Source: a bacterium (GTDB taxonomy: Bacteria; Bacillota; Clostridia; Oscillospirales; CAG-272). From it: 64,000 nucleotides of DNA. Under the pieces are notes generated by a model that was given only the letters and a program-made list of their open reading frames with translations, ran no database searches and was not told the origin of the DNA. Where the stretch lies: the NCBI GenBank assembly GCA_963643175.1, contig CAVIJF010000001.1, positions 7,830-71,829 of the forward strand, given 5' to 3'. Both the position numbers and the translations under genes were made by a program. Every line of letters starts with the position of its first letter. Position 1 is the first letter of the stretch. Positions 28,008 to 36,329 of this stretch are shown here, piece by piece.

Positions 28008-28577
28008 ATGCCTGTATCTGTTACCCTGCGCCCGCTGACCGACGGGGATTTGCCCGCATACCGGGAGCTGTACGAGTCCGCTTTTCCTGCCGGGGAGCGG
28101 AAGGAACTGTCCTTCATGACCGGAGGCGCCTGTGCGGATGCCTATGACCTGCTGGTCATAGGAACGCCGGAGGTGTCGGTGGCGGGACTGATTATCACCG
28201 TCCGGCATGGGGATCTGCTTCTGCTGGACTACCTTGCCGTACAGCCGGAACTGCGGAGTCAGGGTATCGGACACGCCGCGATTCCATGCATTCTGGCGTA
28301 CTGCCGTGACCGCGCCCCCGGCGCACACGTTTTCCTTGAAATTGAGGTGCCGACTGCGGACTGCGACAATCCGGTTCAGCGGACGCGCCGCAAGGCGTTC
28401 TACCTTTCCTGCGGGCTTGCCGAAACCAATGTCCGTGCACATATATACGGCACGGATATGGAACTGCTCGCCCCGCCTGCCGATGCGCCGTATATCACGT
28501 TCCCCACCTACGCCGCGCTTCTGCGTGCGACTTTCCCGGCAGATATGGTGCCGGCGTGGGAGCAGGAGCGGACGTGA
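28008..28577 (+). CDS. GNAT-family N-acetyltransferase
   Basis: 189 aa. LAVQPELRSQGIGHAAI is the acetyl-CoA binding motif (Q/RxxGxG/A). RBS aaggag. Confidence 0.75.
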   Translation: MPVSVTLRPLTDGDLPAYRELYESAFPAGERKELSFMTGGACADAYDLLVIGTPEVSVAGLIITVRHGDLLLLDYLAVQPELRSQGIGHAAIPCILAYCRDRAPGAHVFLEIEVPTADCDNPVQRTRRKAFYLSCGLAETNVRAHIYGTDMELLAPPADAPYITFPTYAALLRATFPADMVPAWEQERT

Positions 28578-28638
28578 CGGACGCTTGCGGGTGAGTACCC
28601 GCGCCGAATCGAATATGCGAATATTTTTCATAAAACTC

Positions 28639-28667
28639 TTGCAAATCGAAAAATAATATGGTATAAT
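28639..28667 (+). promoter_or_regulatory. Sigma-A type promoter for the 28734 gene
   Basis: TTGCAA (28639-28644), 17 nt, TGgTATAAT (-10 at 28662-28667). Confidence 0.6.
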
Positions 28668-28733
28668 GGCGTATACAGATGAGAAGCGGGGCGGAGTCCG
28701 CGCTGCGGTCCCCGGAAAGGAACGGACATACAT

Positions 28734-29429
28734 ATGGAAAAGCTGAAACTGAGGCTGAATAAGAAGCAGTTGGTTCTTATTCTCTTTATTGCAGGTTGCG
28801 TGGCGCTTCTGGCTGGCATCATCCTTTTTGCGGTGCTGGTGCCGAAGGGCAGACCGGGTTTCTTCAAGACTATGCTTAAGCTGATTTTCGGCGTCATGAT
28901 CGTGCTGGGCGGCTGGCTGCTGCTGACGGCGTTCGTGCACAGCCGGGATACGGATGCGCACTTCTTCCGCTACGACGCGGAGACGCGCCGGAACATTCCG
29001 GTGAGCGACCTGACATTTGACCGCGTAAACCGCCGTCTGGGCGGGTTGCTGCGCACCATGGTCGGGGACGATTATATGCAGGAAATCTGGAACCGGAACA
29101 TTTTCCTTGAGGAGGATCAGGATTTCGGCGTCAACAACGTGCTGGCACCGCTGGTCGCCTACAAGATGCTGTACGATCTGGCACGCGCCAACCGGGAGGA
29201 GTACTGGGTGCTCTTTACGGAAGCGGATCGGCGGCTTATTGAGAGCATTGCGTATGAGTTGGAGATTGCCGGGGAGAGCCGTATGCCGAACGCTCTGCTG
29301 GAGATTTATGACGATGCGGACGGAACGGATTTCATTGACAACATCCAGGACTTCCTGACCGGAAATATGCGGTACCTGCAGCGCCGGATGCTGGAGTACG
29401 CCAGAGCCGAGGATGCAAATTTCTTCTGA
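28734..29429 (+). CDS. Hypothetical two-TM membrane protein
   Basis: 231 aa. Two N-terminal hydrophobic helices followed by an acidic soluble domain. It has its own promoter and terminator. I recognise no family. Confidence 0.6.
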   Translation: MEKLKLRLNKKQLVLILFIAGCVALLAGIILFAVLVPKGRPGFFKTMLKLIFGVMIVLGGWLLLTAFVHSRDTDAHFFRYDAETRRNIPVSDLTFDRVNRRLGGLLRTMVGDDYMQEIWNRNIFLEEDQDFGVNNVLAPLVAYKMLYDLARANREEYWVLFTEADRRLIESIAYELEIAGESRMPNALLEIYDDADGTDFIDNIQDFLTGNMRYLQRRMLEYARAEDANFF

Positions 29430-29492
29430 GGCACCTGACGCGCACGGCACGCGCCGGAGGATGGAGCCGATTCCGGATGTGTTTTGCGAAAA

Positions 29493-29519
29493 CCGGGGCA
29501 CTTGTGCCCCGGCTTTTTG
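29493..29519 (+). terminator. Rho-independent terminator
   Basis: ccggggcac / loop ttg / tgccccgg, followed by cttttt. Confidence 0.75.
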
Positions 29520-29602
29520 TACTGCCCCCCCGCACTTTTGCCTTTCGGTTGAAAATTGGGAATAAATCGTCGTGGTTTCAGCAATTTTTTTCCGAAAACC
29601 AC

Positions 29603-29631
29603 TGGATTTTTTCGTCTGTTTGTGTTATAAT
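29603..29631 (+). promoter_or_regulatory. Candidate extended -10 promoter for the hydrogenase operon
   Basis: TGtTATAAT (-10 at 29626-29631). The -35 is weak (TGGATT, 17 nt upstream). Confidence 0.4.
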
Positions 29632-29689
29632 GACAACGTTGAGCATTCCACAGGAACTTTTTCAACAAATTTATCTGGAGGTTGTTTTC

Positions 29690-30184
29690 ATGAAAAAGAA
29701 ACTCACAACCGTTGCGTTTCATGGAACCCCCGAGCAGGAGGAAAAGCTGATTGCCGTCATAGACGCCCATAAGGATGCAAAGGGCGCCATGATGCCGATT
29801 CTGCAGGGAGCCCAGGAAATCTACGGTTACCTACCCGTTGAGGTGCAGCGGATTATTGCCCTGCGCACCGGCGTGTCGCTGGAGGAAATCTACGGCATTG
29901 CGTCGTTCTATGCCCAGTTCAAGCTGAATCCGGACGGCGAAGTCGCGGTTGCCGTATGTCTTGGTACCGCCTGTTATGTCAAGGGCTCCGGCGAGATTAT
30001 CGAGGAGTGTTCCAAGTGCCTGAACGTGCCGGTAGGCAGCACGTCGGTCGATGGGCGGTACTCTCTGGAAGCGACCCGGTGCATCGGTGCCTGCGGTCTT
30101 GCACCCGTTATGACCGTGAACGGAGAGGTTTACGGACGGCTGAAGAAGGGTGAGGCAGCCGCCATTCTGGCAAAGTTTATGTAA
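29690..30184 (+). CDS. hydC: [FeFe] hydrogenase HydC / NuoE-like [2Fe-2S] subunit
   Basis: Internal ATG of ORF 29477..30184. Motifs MPILQGAQEIYGYLP, CLGTACYVKG and ATRCIGACGLAPV (NuoE-type 2Fe-2S). Confidence 0.9.
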   Translation: MKKKLTTVAFHGTPEQEEKLIAVIDAHKDAKGAMMPILQGAQEIYGYLPVEVQRIIALRTGVSLEEIYGIASFYAQFKLNPDGEVAVAVCLGTACYVKGSGEIIEECSKCLNVPVGSTSVDGRYSLEATRCIGACGLAPVMTVNGEVYGRLKKGEAAAILAKFM

Positions 30185-30261
30185 GGGACGCGCCGATTTG
30201 TCCGGCACTCTCTGAGTAACACGCTACCCCAAACTCTGTAAAAGGCAGGTATGAGCCGCTT

Positions 30262-30612
30262 ATGAAAATCGGAATTATCCGCGAACTGCTCGACGCCGAG
30301 GTGCTCTGCGGGCAGGAGTATATGGACAGGGAAGTCAACTCCGCCTGCGGCAGTGACATGATGAGCGATGTGCTGGCATACGTCAAGGATCAGGCCGTCC
30401 TGTTGACCGGTCTGGTCAATCCGCAGGTCGTGCGTACCGCTGAAATGATGGACATGGTGTGCGTGGTGTTCGTGCGCTCCAAAATGCCTACAGAGGAGAT
30501 TGTTCGGCTGGCGCAGGAAAACCATATGGTTATTCTGGCGACCCGCAAGCGGATGTACGAGGCGTGCGGGAAACTGTACGCAGCCGGGCTGGGGGTGACT
30601 CATGAATCCTGA
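30262..30612 (+). CDS. DRTGG domain protein
   Basis: 116 aa. SDMMSDVLAYVKDQAVLLTGLVNPQVVRTAEMMD… is typical of a stand-alone DRTGG domain. Confidence 0.7.
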   Translation: MKIGIIRELLDAEVLCGQEYMDREVNSACGSDMMSDVLAYVKDQAVLLTGLVNPQVVRTAEMMDMVCVVFVRSKMPTEEIVRLAQENHMVILATRKRMYEACGKLYAAGLGVTHES

Positions 30613-31033
30613 GCCCGGAGGTCTGCACCTCCACTTTGATGTGGACGGGGACGACTTCATTTCCGCCGGGCAGGCATCCGTACAGGTCAAGAAAAGCCTG
30701 CGGCAGCTGGGTATCTCTCCGGACATTATCCGGAAGGTTTCCATTGCCATGTACGAGGGTGAAATCAATATGGTCATTCATGCGGGCGGCGGCGTCGCCG
30801 ACGTGCTGATCTGCGTGGATCATATCGTCATCCGTCTGGAGGATCACGGTCCCGGTATTGCCGACATCGATCTTGCCATGCAGGAGGGCTACTCCACGGC
30901 GCCCGATGCCGTTCGGAGCCTCGGCTTCGGCGCCGGTATGGGTCTGCCGAACATGAAGCGTTACACCGACGCCATGACTGTTGAATCCCAGGTGGGCAAG
31001 GGAACCACCATCACCATGCGGGTCAATCTCTGA
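30602..31033 (+). CDS. RsbW/SpoIIAB-like GHKL ATPase (putative serine-protein kinase / anti-sigma-like)
   Basis: 143 aa. N-box EGEINMVIHA, G1 DHGPGI and G2 GAGMGLPN. No DHp/His domain. Overlaps the upstream gene by 11 nt. Confidence 0.7.
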   Translation: MNPEPGGLHLHFDVDGDDFISAGQASVQVKKSLRQLGISPDIIRKVSIAMYEGEINMVIHAGGGVADVLICVDHIVIRLEDHGPGIADIDLAMQEGYSTAPDAVRSLGFGAGMGLPNMKRYTDAMTVESQVGKGTTITMRVNL

Positions 31034-31100
31034 GCGACCCGACCCTCTCCGTGCCGTCCGTGTCCTGAAAAAAGACAAGCGCAAGGAAGGAAATGACAGT

Positions 31101-32387
31101 ATGCATACATATGAGCATTCGGTATCCTTGGATGTGACCCGCTGCACCGGATGTACCACCTGTCTGAAACACTGTCCGACCGAGGCAATCCGCATTCAGG
31201 AAGGTCACGCCGTAATCAACCCAGACCGGTGTCTGGATTGCGGTCTGTGCATCCGGTACTGCCCCAACAAAGCCAAAAAGGCAACTTACAGCCGTCTGGA
31301 GGACATTACACGCTACCGCTGGAAAATCGCACTGCCCGCCCCTTCGCTCTACGGTCAGTTTGAGGAGCTGGGCGATGTGGATTTCGTCCTGCAGGGACTG
31401 CGCGACATCGGCTTCGACGATGTTGTGGAGGTTGCCGAAGCCGCCGAGTACGTCTCGGCGTATACCCGATTATATCTCAAAACCGAGGGAGTTGTCAAGC
31501 CGGTCATCAGTTCCGCCTGCCCGGTGGTTCTGCGGCTCATTTCCCTGCGCTATCCCACCTTGTGCGGGCATATCCTGCAGCTGCTGCCTCCCATGGAGAT
31601 AGCCGCCGGCATGGCGCGCCGCAGGGCGAAGGAGGCACATCCCGACCTGACCGATGCGGACATCGGCGTGGTGTTCATCTCCCCCTGCCCCGCGAAGGTC
31701 AGCTATGTCCGCGGCGGGTTCGGGGACTATGTGAGCCGGGTGGATGAGGTGGTGTCGGTCAGCGACATCTACTTCAGCCTGCTCAGCGTCATGCACCGTG
31801 AAAAGACACCGCCGGCATCGACCCGTGCGGGGCGGATCGGCGTCAGCTGGGCAACCTCCGGCGGCGAGTCTGCCGCCCTGCTCAATGACAAGTATCTGGC
31901 GGCGGACGGTATCGAAAACGTCAACCGCGTTCTGGATCAGCTGGATAACGGAAATTTCCCGTCACTGGAGTTCATCGAGCTGAATGCCTGTCCCGGCGGC
32001 TGTGTCGGCGGCGTCATGGCGGTGGAGAACCCCTTTGTAGCCAAGGCACGCCTGCAGACCCTGCGCCGCTACCTGCCCGTTACGCAGGCAATCCTGCGCG
32101 GGGAGGACAGGGATTTTATTCCCGGCGACTGCTTTTTCGAATCCCTGCCGTCCTACCGCCCGATACAGCGGCTGAGCGGAAACTTCGGGGAATCGCTCCG
32201 CATGATGGCGCAGATACAGAAACTGCGCGGGGAACTGCCCGGAATCGACTGCGGCGCCTGCGGCGCTCCCAACTGCCGCGCCTTTGCGGAGGATGTGGTG
32301 TGCGGGGTGGCAAGCCGCGGTGACTGCGTGGTCGAGCGGAGCCGCCGTGCGGATGCCGGCACCGGACGAGAGGAGGAATCCCTGTGA
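31101..32387 (+). CDS. HydS-like (sensory-type) [FeFe]-hydrogenase homologue without a PAS domain
   Basis: Internal ATG with RBS aaggaagg. Two CxxCxxCxxxCP motifs. Degenerate H-cluster signatures ISSACP, SPCPAKVSY and ELNACPGGCVGGV. C-terminal CGACGAPNCRAFAEDVVC Fe-S-like motif. Confidence 0.85.
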   Translation: MHTYEHSVSLDVTRCTGCTTCLKHCPTEAIRIQEGHAVINPDRCLDCGLCIRYCPNKAKKATYSRLEDITRYRWKIALPAPSLYGQFEELGDVDFVLQGLRDIGFDDVVEVAEAAEYVSAYTRLYLKTEGVVKPVISSACPVVLRLISLRYPTLCGHILQLLPPMEIAAGMARRRAKEAHPDLTDADIGVVFISPCPAKVSYVRGGFGDYVSRVDEVVSVSDIYFSLLSVMHREKTPPASTRAGRIGVSWATSGGESAALLNDKYLAADGIENVNRVLDQLDNGNFPSLEFIELNACPGGCVGGVMAVENPFVAKARLQTLRRYLPVTQAILRGEDRDFIPGDCFFESLPSYRPIQRLSGNFGESLRMMAQIQKLRGELPGIDCGACGAPNCRAFAEDVVCGVASRGDCVVERSRRADAGTGREEESL

Positions 32388-32725
32388 CAGTACGTCAGAT
32401 AACCGAGCGGATGAGCCTGATTCCCCTGACCTGCCCGGAGCCTGAGCGGGCAGTGACCGGCGGTTATGTCGGCGACCTGCTGAGCTGGGTCATGGGGCGT
32501 GCCCGGAGCGGGCAGGCGTGGATTACCATCATGTCAAACATCAATACGGTGGCGGTCGCATCGCTTGCCGATGTTGCCTGCGTCATCCTTGCCGAGGGCG
32601 TGACCCTGCCGGAGGATGTGCGGCGTGCCGCCGAGGAACGGGAGATATGCGTTCTCTCTACCGGGAGGACGGCCTATGAAACTGCCGTTGCCCTGTCCGC
32701 CTGCCTTGCGGAGGCGGCGACATGA
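32384..32725 (+). CDS. DRTGG domain protein (second copy)
   Basis: 113 aa. The GTG start overlaps the upstream TGA (GTGA). GGYVGDLLSWVMGRARSGQAWITIMSNINTVAVA… is DRTGG-like. Confidence 0.7.
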   Translation: MTVRQITERMSLIPLTCPEPERAVTGGYVGDLLSWVMGRARSGQAWITIMSNINTVAVASLADVACVILAEGVTLPEDVRRAAEEREICVLSTGRTAYETAVALSACLAEAAT

Positions 32726-33480
32726 AGCGCCGCTTTCCTTACGATTTTCACATTCACTCCTGCCTGTCCCCCTGTGCCGATGCGGATATGACCCCCGGCA
32801 ACATCGCGGGCATGGCAAGCCTTGCCGGACTGCACCTCGTTGCCCTGACCGACCACAACAGCTGCCGCAACTGCCCCGGTTTTGTGCAGGCGGCGGAGCG
32901 CTTCGGACTGGTCGCCGTCGCGGGCATGGAGCTGACTACGGCGGAGGATATCCATCTGGTCTGCCTCTTTGAGCATCCGGAGGAAGCCCTGCTGTTTGAC
33001 CGCGCGGTGGATGCGAAACGCATCCGTTTCCGCAACCGACCGGACATCTTCGGCGAACAGCTGGTGATGGACGGCAATGACTGCGTGACTGCGATCGAAC
33101 CGTACCTACTGCCCAACGCTACCGGGTTGTCTTTGGACGAGGCGGCGTCACTGTGCCGGGACATGGGCGGCGTCTGCTGGCCCGCCCACATCGACCGTGA
33201 GGCGAACGGCATCCTTTCGGTGCTGGGCAGCTTTCCGGAAACGCCTGCCTTCCGGTTCGCAGAGTTCCGGAATATGGAGCGTGAAGCCGCCCTGCGCACG
33301 GAACATCCGGCGCTTTGCGGCGTCGACGCCCTGTTCGGTTCGGACGCGCACCGTCTGGAGGACATCCCGGATGCCTGTCATGCGCTGGAGCTGGAGGTCG
33401 GCGGCGATTCGCCTGAGGAAGTGCGGGCGGCGCTGTTCCGGTTTCTGCGGGCAGATAGTCCTGACGGAGGTGACGCATGA
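32722..33480 (+). CDS. PHP-domain phosphoesterase
   Basis: YDFHIHSCLSPCAD…LTDHNS metal-binding motifs. ATGA overlaps at both ends. Confidence 0.8.
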   Translation: MKRRFPYDFHIHSCLSPCADADMTPGNIAGMASLAGLHLVALTDHNSCRNCPGFVQAAERFGLVAVAGMELTTAEDIHLVCLFEHPEEALLFDRAVDAKRIRFRNRPDIFGEQLVMDGNDCVTAIEPYLLPNATGLSLDEAASLCRDMGGVCWPAHIDREANGILSVLGSFPETPAFRFAEFRNMEREAALRTEHPALCGVDALFGSDAHRLEDIPDACHALELEVGGDSPEEVRAALFRFLRADSPDGGDA

Positions 33481-34055
33481 AAGAGCTGTCCCTGAATTTA
33501 CTGGATATTGCCGAAAACTCGGTCAAAGCGGGCGCAACGCTGATCCGGATGACAATCCGCGAGGCGGACGCCGTGCTGACAATGACCGTAGAGGATAACG
33601 GCTGCGGTATGAAGCCGGATTTCCTCCGGAGCGTGACGGATCCGTTCTGCACCACCCGCACGACCCGCAAGGTCGGGCTGGGGCTTCCGCTTCTGCGGTT
33701 GGCAGCAGAGCAGACGGGCGGCAGTCTGACGGTGGAATCCCGACATCGGGACAAATTTCCGGACAGTCACGGAACCCGCGTGACGGCGTGCTTTCATACC
33801 GACCACATCGACTGTACCCCTCTGGGGGATGTGGTGTCCACCCTGTGGACACTGATACAGGGCTCCCCGGAGATTGACTTTGTATTTCTGCACGAAACAC
33901 CCGCGCAGACTGTCCGGCTGGACACGCGGGAGATACGGCGCGAACTGGGGGCGGACATTCCCCTGAACACCCCGGCGGTGCTGGACTGGATAGCGGACTA
34001 CCTCCGTGAACAGTATGCCCGGACGGCGGTGTGCGACCCTGACAGGCAACCCTGA
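33477..34055 (+). CDS. GHKL (HATPase_c) ATP-binding protein lacking a His-phosphotransfer domain
   Basis: 192 aa. N-box DIAENSVKAG, G1 EDNGCGM and G2 GLGLPLL. Confidence 0.75.
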   Translation: MKELSLNLLDIAENSVKAGATLIRMTIREADAVLTMTVEDNGCGMKPDFLRSVTDPFCTTRTTRKVGLGLPLLRLAAEQTGGSLTVESRHRDKFPDSHGTRVTACFHTDHIDCTPLGDVVSTLWTLIQGSPEIDFVFLHETPAQTVRLDTREIRRELGADIPLNTPAVLDWIADYLREQYARTAVCDPDRQP

Positions 34056-34083
34056 AATCAATTATGGAAAGGAAAACATACAG

Positions 34084-34458
34084 ATGAAATCATTAGCTGA
34101 GCTTGCCGCCATCCGCGAGCGGATGAAGGACAAGATGGTTCTGCGTGAGGGCAGCGGAGACATCCGCATTATGGTCGGTATGGCGACCTGCGGCATTGCC
34201 GCCGGAGCACGTCCCGTGCTTGCCGCCTTTGTGGAGGGCGTGAGCCGGGCGGGGCTGGCGGATACCGTGATGGTGTCCCAGACCGGCTGCATCGGAATCT
34301 GCCAGTACGAGCCTGTGGTGGAAATTTTCCAGGCAGGCAAGGAGAAGGTGACGTACGTCAAAATGACTCCCGAGCGGGCGGCAGAGGTCATTGAGAAGCA
34401 TATCAAGGGCGGCAAGGTCGTGGAGGAGTACACCTTCGCTGCCGCACAGAACGCATAA
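34084..34458 (+). CDS. Thioredoxin-like [2Fe-2S] ferredoxin (HndB-like)
   Basis: Internal ATG of ORF 34006..34458. Motifs MATCGIAAGARPV and QTGCIGICQYEPVV. Confidence 0.85.
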   Translation: MKSLAELAAIRERMKDKMVLREGSGDIRIMVGMATCGIAAGARPVLAAFVEGVSRAGLADTVMVSQTGCIGICQYEPVVEIFQAGKEKVTYVKMTPERAAEVIEKHIKGGKVVEEYTFAAAQNA

Positions 34459-34482
34459 GCAAGCAGAGGAGGAAAGCATACC

Positions 34483-36309
34483 ATGATTCGTGCACACGTA
34501 CTGTGCTGCGGCGGTACCGGATGTACTTCGTCCGGAAGCCAGAAGATTCAGGAAATCTTCAAGCAGGAAATCGAGCGGCAGGGGCTTGCCGATGAGGTAA
34601 AGGTTGTCCAGACCGGATGCTTCGGTCTTTGCGCACTGGGTCCCGTTGTCATCATATACCCCGACGGAACCTTCTACAGCCACGTCACCCCCGATGATGT
34701 GGTGGAAATCGTGGACGAGCATCTGCTCAAGGGAAGAATAGTCGAGCGGCTGGTTTACAACGAGAAGTCCTCTTCCGTCGAGCACAAGGAGGATGAGCAC
34801 GCCGCACTGAACGATACCGTTTTCTATAAGTCCCAGCTCCGCGTGGCGCTGCGCAACTGCGGTGTCATCAACCCCGAAAATATCGAAGAATACATCGGTA
34901 TGGACGGCTACGCCGCGCTGGGCAAGGCGCTGACCGAGATGACCCCGGACGAGGTTATCCAGACCATTCTGGATTCCGGGCTGCGCGGGCGCGGCGGCGC
35001 TGGCTTCCCGACCGGTATGAAGTGGCGCTTTGCGTCCGGCAACCGGGGAAATGTGCAGAAGTATGTCTGCTGCAACGCGGACGAGGGCGACCCCGGCGCA
35101 TTCATGGATCGCTCCATTCTGGAGGGCGACCCGCACGCCGTCATTGAGGCAATGGAAATTGCCGGGTACGCCATCGGCGCCGATCAGGGCTATGTCTACG
35201 TGCGCGCCGAGTACCCGATTGCGGTCAAGCGTCTGCAGATCGCCATTGATCAGGCGAAGGAGTACGGGCTGTTGGGTGAGAACATTTTCGGAACCGGATT
35301 CAATTTCAATCTGGAAATCCGTCTCGGCGCGGGCGCATTCGTCTGCGGCGAGGAAACCGCACTGATGACCTCCATTGAGGGCAAGCGCGGCGAGCCGCGT
35401 CCCCGTCCGCCCTTCCCGGCGGTCAAGGGTCTGTTTGCCAGCCCCACCATTCTGAACAACGTCGAGACGTATGCCAACGTTGCGCAGATTATTCTCAAGG
35501 GCGCCGACTGGTTCCGCTCCATGGGCACCGAAAAATCCAAGGGCACCAAGGTGTTTGCACTGGGCGGAAAAATCCGCAATACGGGTCTGGTAGAGGTTCC
35601 CATGGGTACTACCTTGCGCCACATCATTGAGGAAATCGGCGGCGGCATCCCGAACGGCAAGAAGTTCAAGGCGGCACAGACCGGCGGACCTTCCGGCGGA
35701 TGCATTCCCGCCCACCTGATTGATACGCCGATTGACTATGACAACCTGATGGCAATCGGTTCCATGATGGGCTCCGGCGGTCTGATTGTCATGGACGAGG
35801 ACAACTGCATGGTGGATATTGCCCGGTTCTTCCTGGAGTTCACCGTGGACGAGTCCTGCGGAAAGTGCACGCCCTGCCGCGTCGGAACCAAGCGCCTCCT
35901 GGAGATTCTTGATAAGATTATTTCGGGCAACGGCGAGCTGGAGGATATCGACCGTCTGGAGGAGCTTGCCACCTATATCAAGTCCGCGTCTTTGTGCGGA
36001 CTGGGACAGACGGCACCCAACCCTGTCCTGTCCACTCTGCGCTATTTCCGGGATGAGTACATCGCCCACATCGTCGAGAAGCGCTGTCCCGCCGGCGTCT
36101 GTAAGAAGCTGGTTCGCTTCTCTATCCAGCCCGATGCCTGTATCGGCTGCGGTAAGTGCGCCAAGAACTGTCCCGTGGACGCCATCACCCGCACGGACTA
36201 CATCGCGACCGGACATAAGCTGGCATCCATGCAGATTGATACCAAGAAGTGCGTGAAGTGTGGCGCCTGTATCAGCAACTGCAAGTTCAACGCCATTACC
36301 AAAGCCTAA
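34483..36309 (+). CDS. hydB: [FeFe] hydrogenase HydB / NuoF-like flavoprotein subunit
   Basis: 608 aa. N-terminal 2Fe-2S domain, GRGGAGFPTGMKW FMN/NADH site, SCGKCTPCR and two C-terminal 4Fe-4S motifs. Confidence 0.95.
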   Translation: MIRAHVLCCGGTGCTSSGSQKIQEIFKQEIERQGLADEVKVVQTGCFGLCALGPVVIIYPDGTFYSHVTPDDVVEIVDEHLLKGRIVERLVYNEKSSSVEHKEDEHAALNDTVFYKSQLRVALRNCGVINPENIEEYIGMDGYAALGKALTEMTPDEVIQTILDSGLRGRGGAGFPTGMKWRFASGNRGNVQKYVCCNADEGDPGAFMDRSILEGDPHAVIEAMEIAGYAIGADQGYVYVRAEYPIAVKRLQIAIDQAKEYGLLGENIFGTGFNFNLEIRLGAGAFVCGEETALMTSIEGKRGEPRPRPPFPAVKGLFASPTILNNVETYANVAQIILKGADWFRSMGTEKSKGTKVFALGGKIRNTGLVEVPMGTTLRHIIEEIGGGIPNGKKFKAAQTGGPSGGCIPAHLIDTPIDYDNLMAIGSMMGSGGLIVMDEDNCMVDIARFFLEFTVDESCGKCTPCRVGTKRLLEILDKIISGNGELEDIDRLEELATYIKSASLCGLGQTAPNPVLSTLRYFRDEYIAHIVEKRCPAGVCKKLVRFSIQPDACIGCGKCAKNCPVDAITRTDYIATGHKLASMQIDTKKCVKCGACISNCKFNAITKA

Positions 36310-36329
36310 GAAAGGAGAATTGTGGTAGA

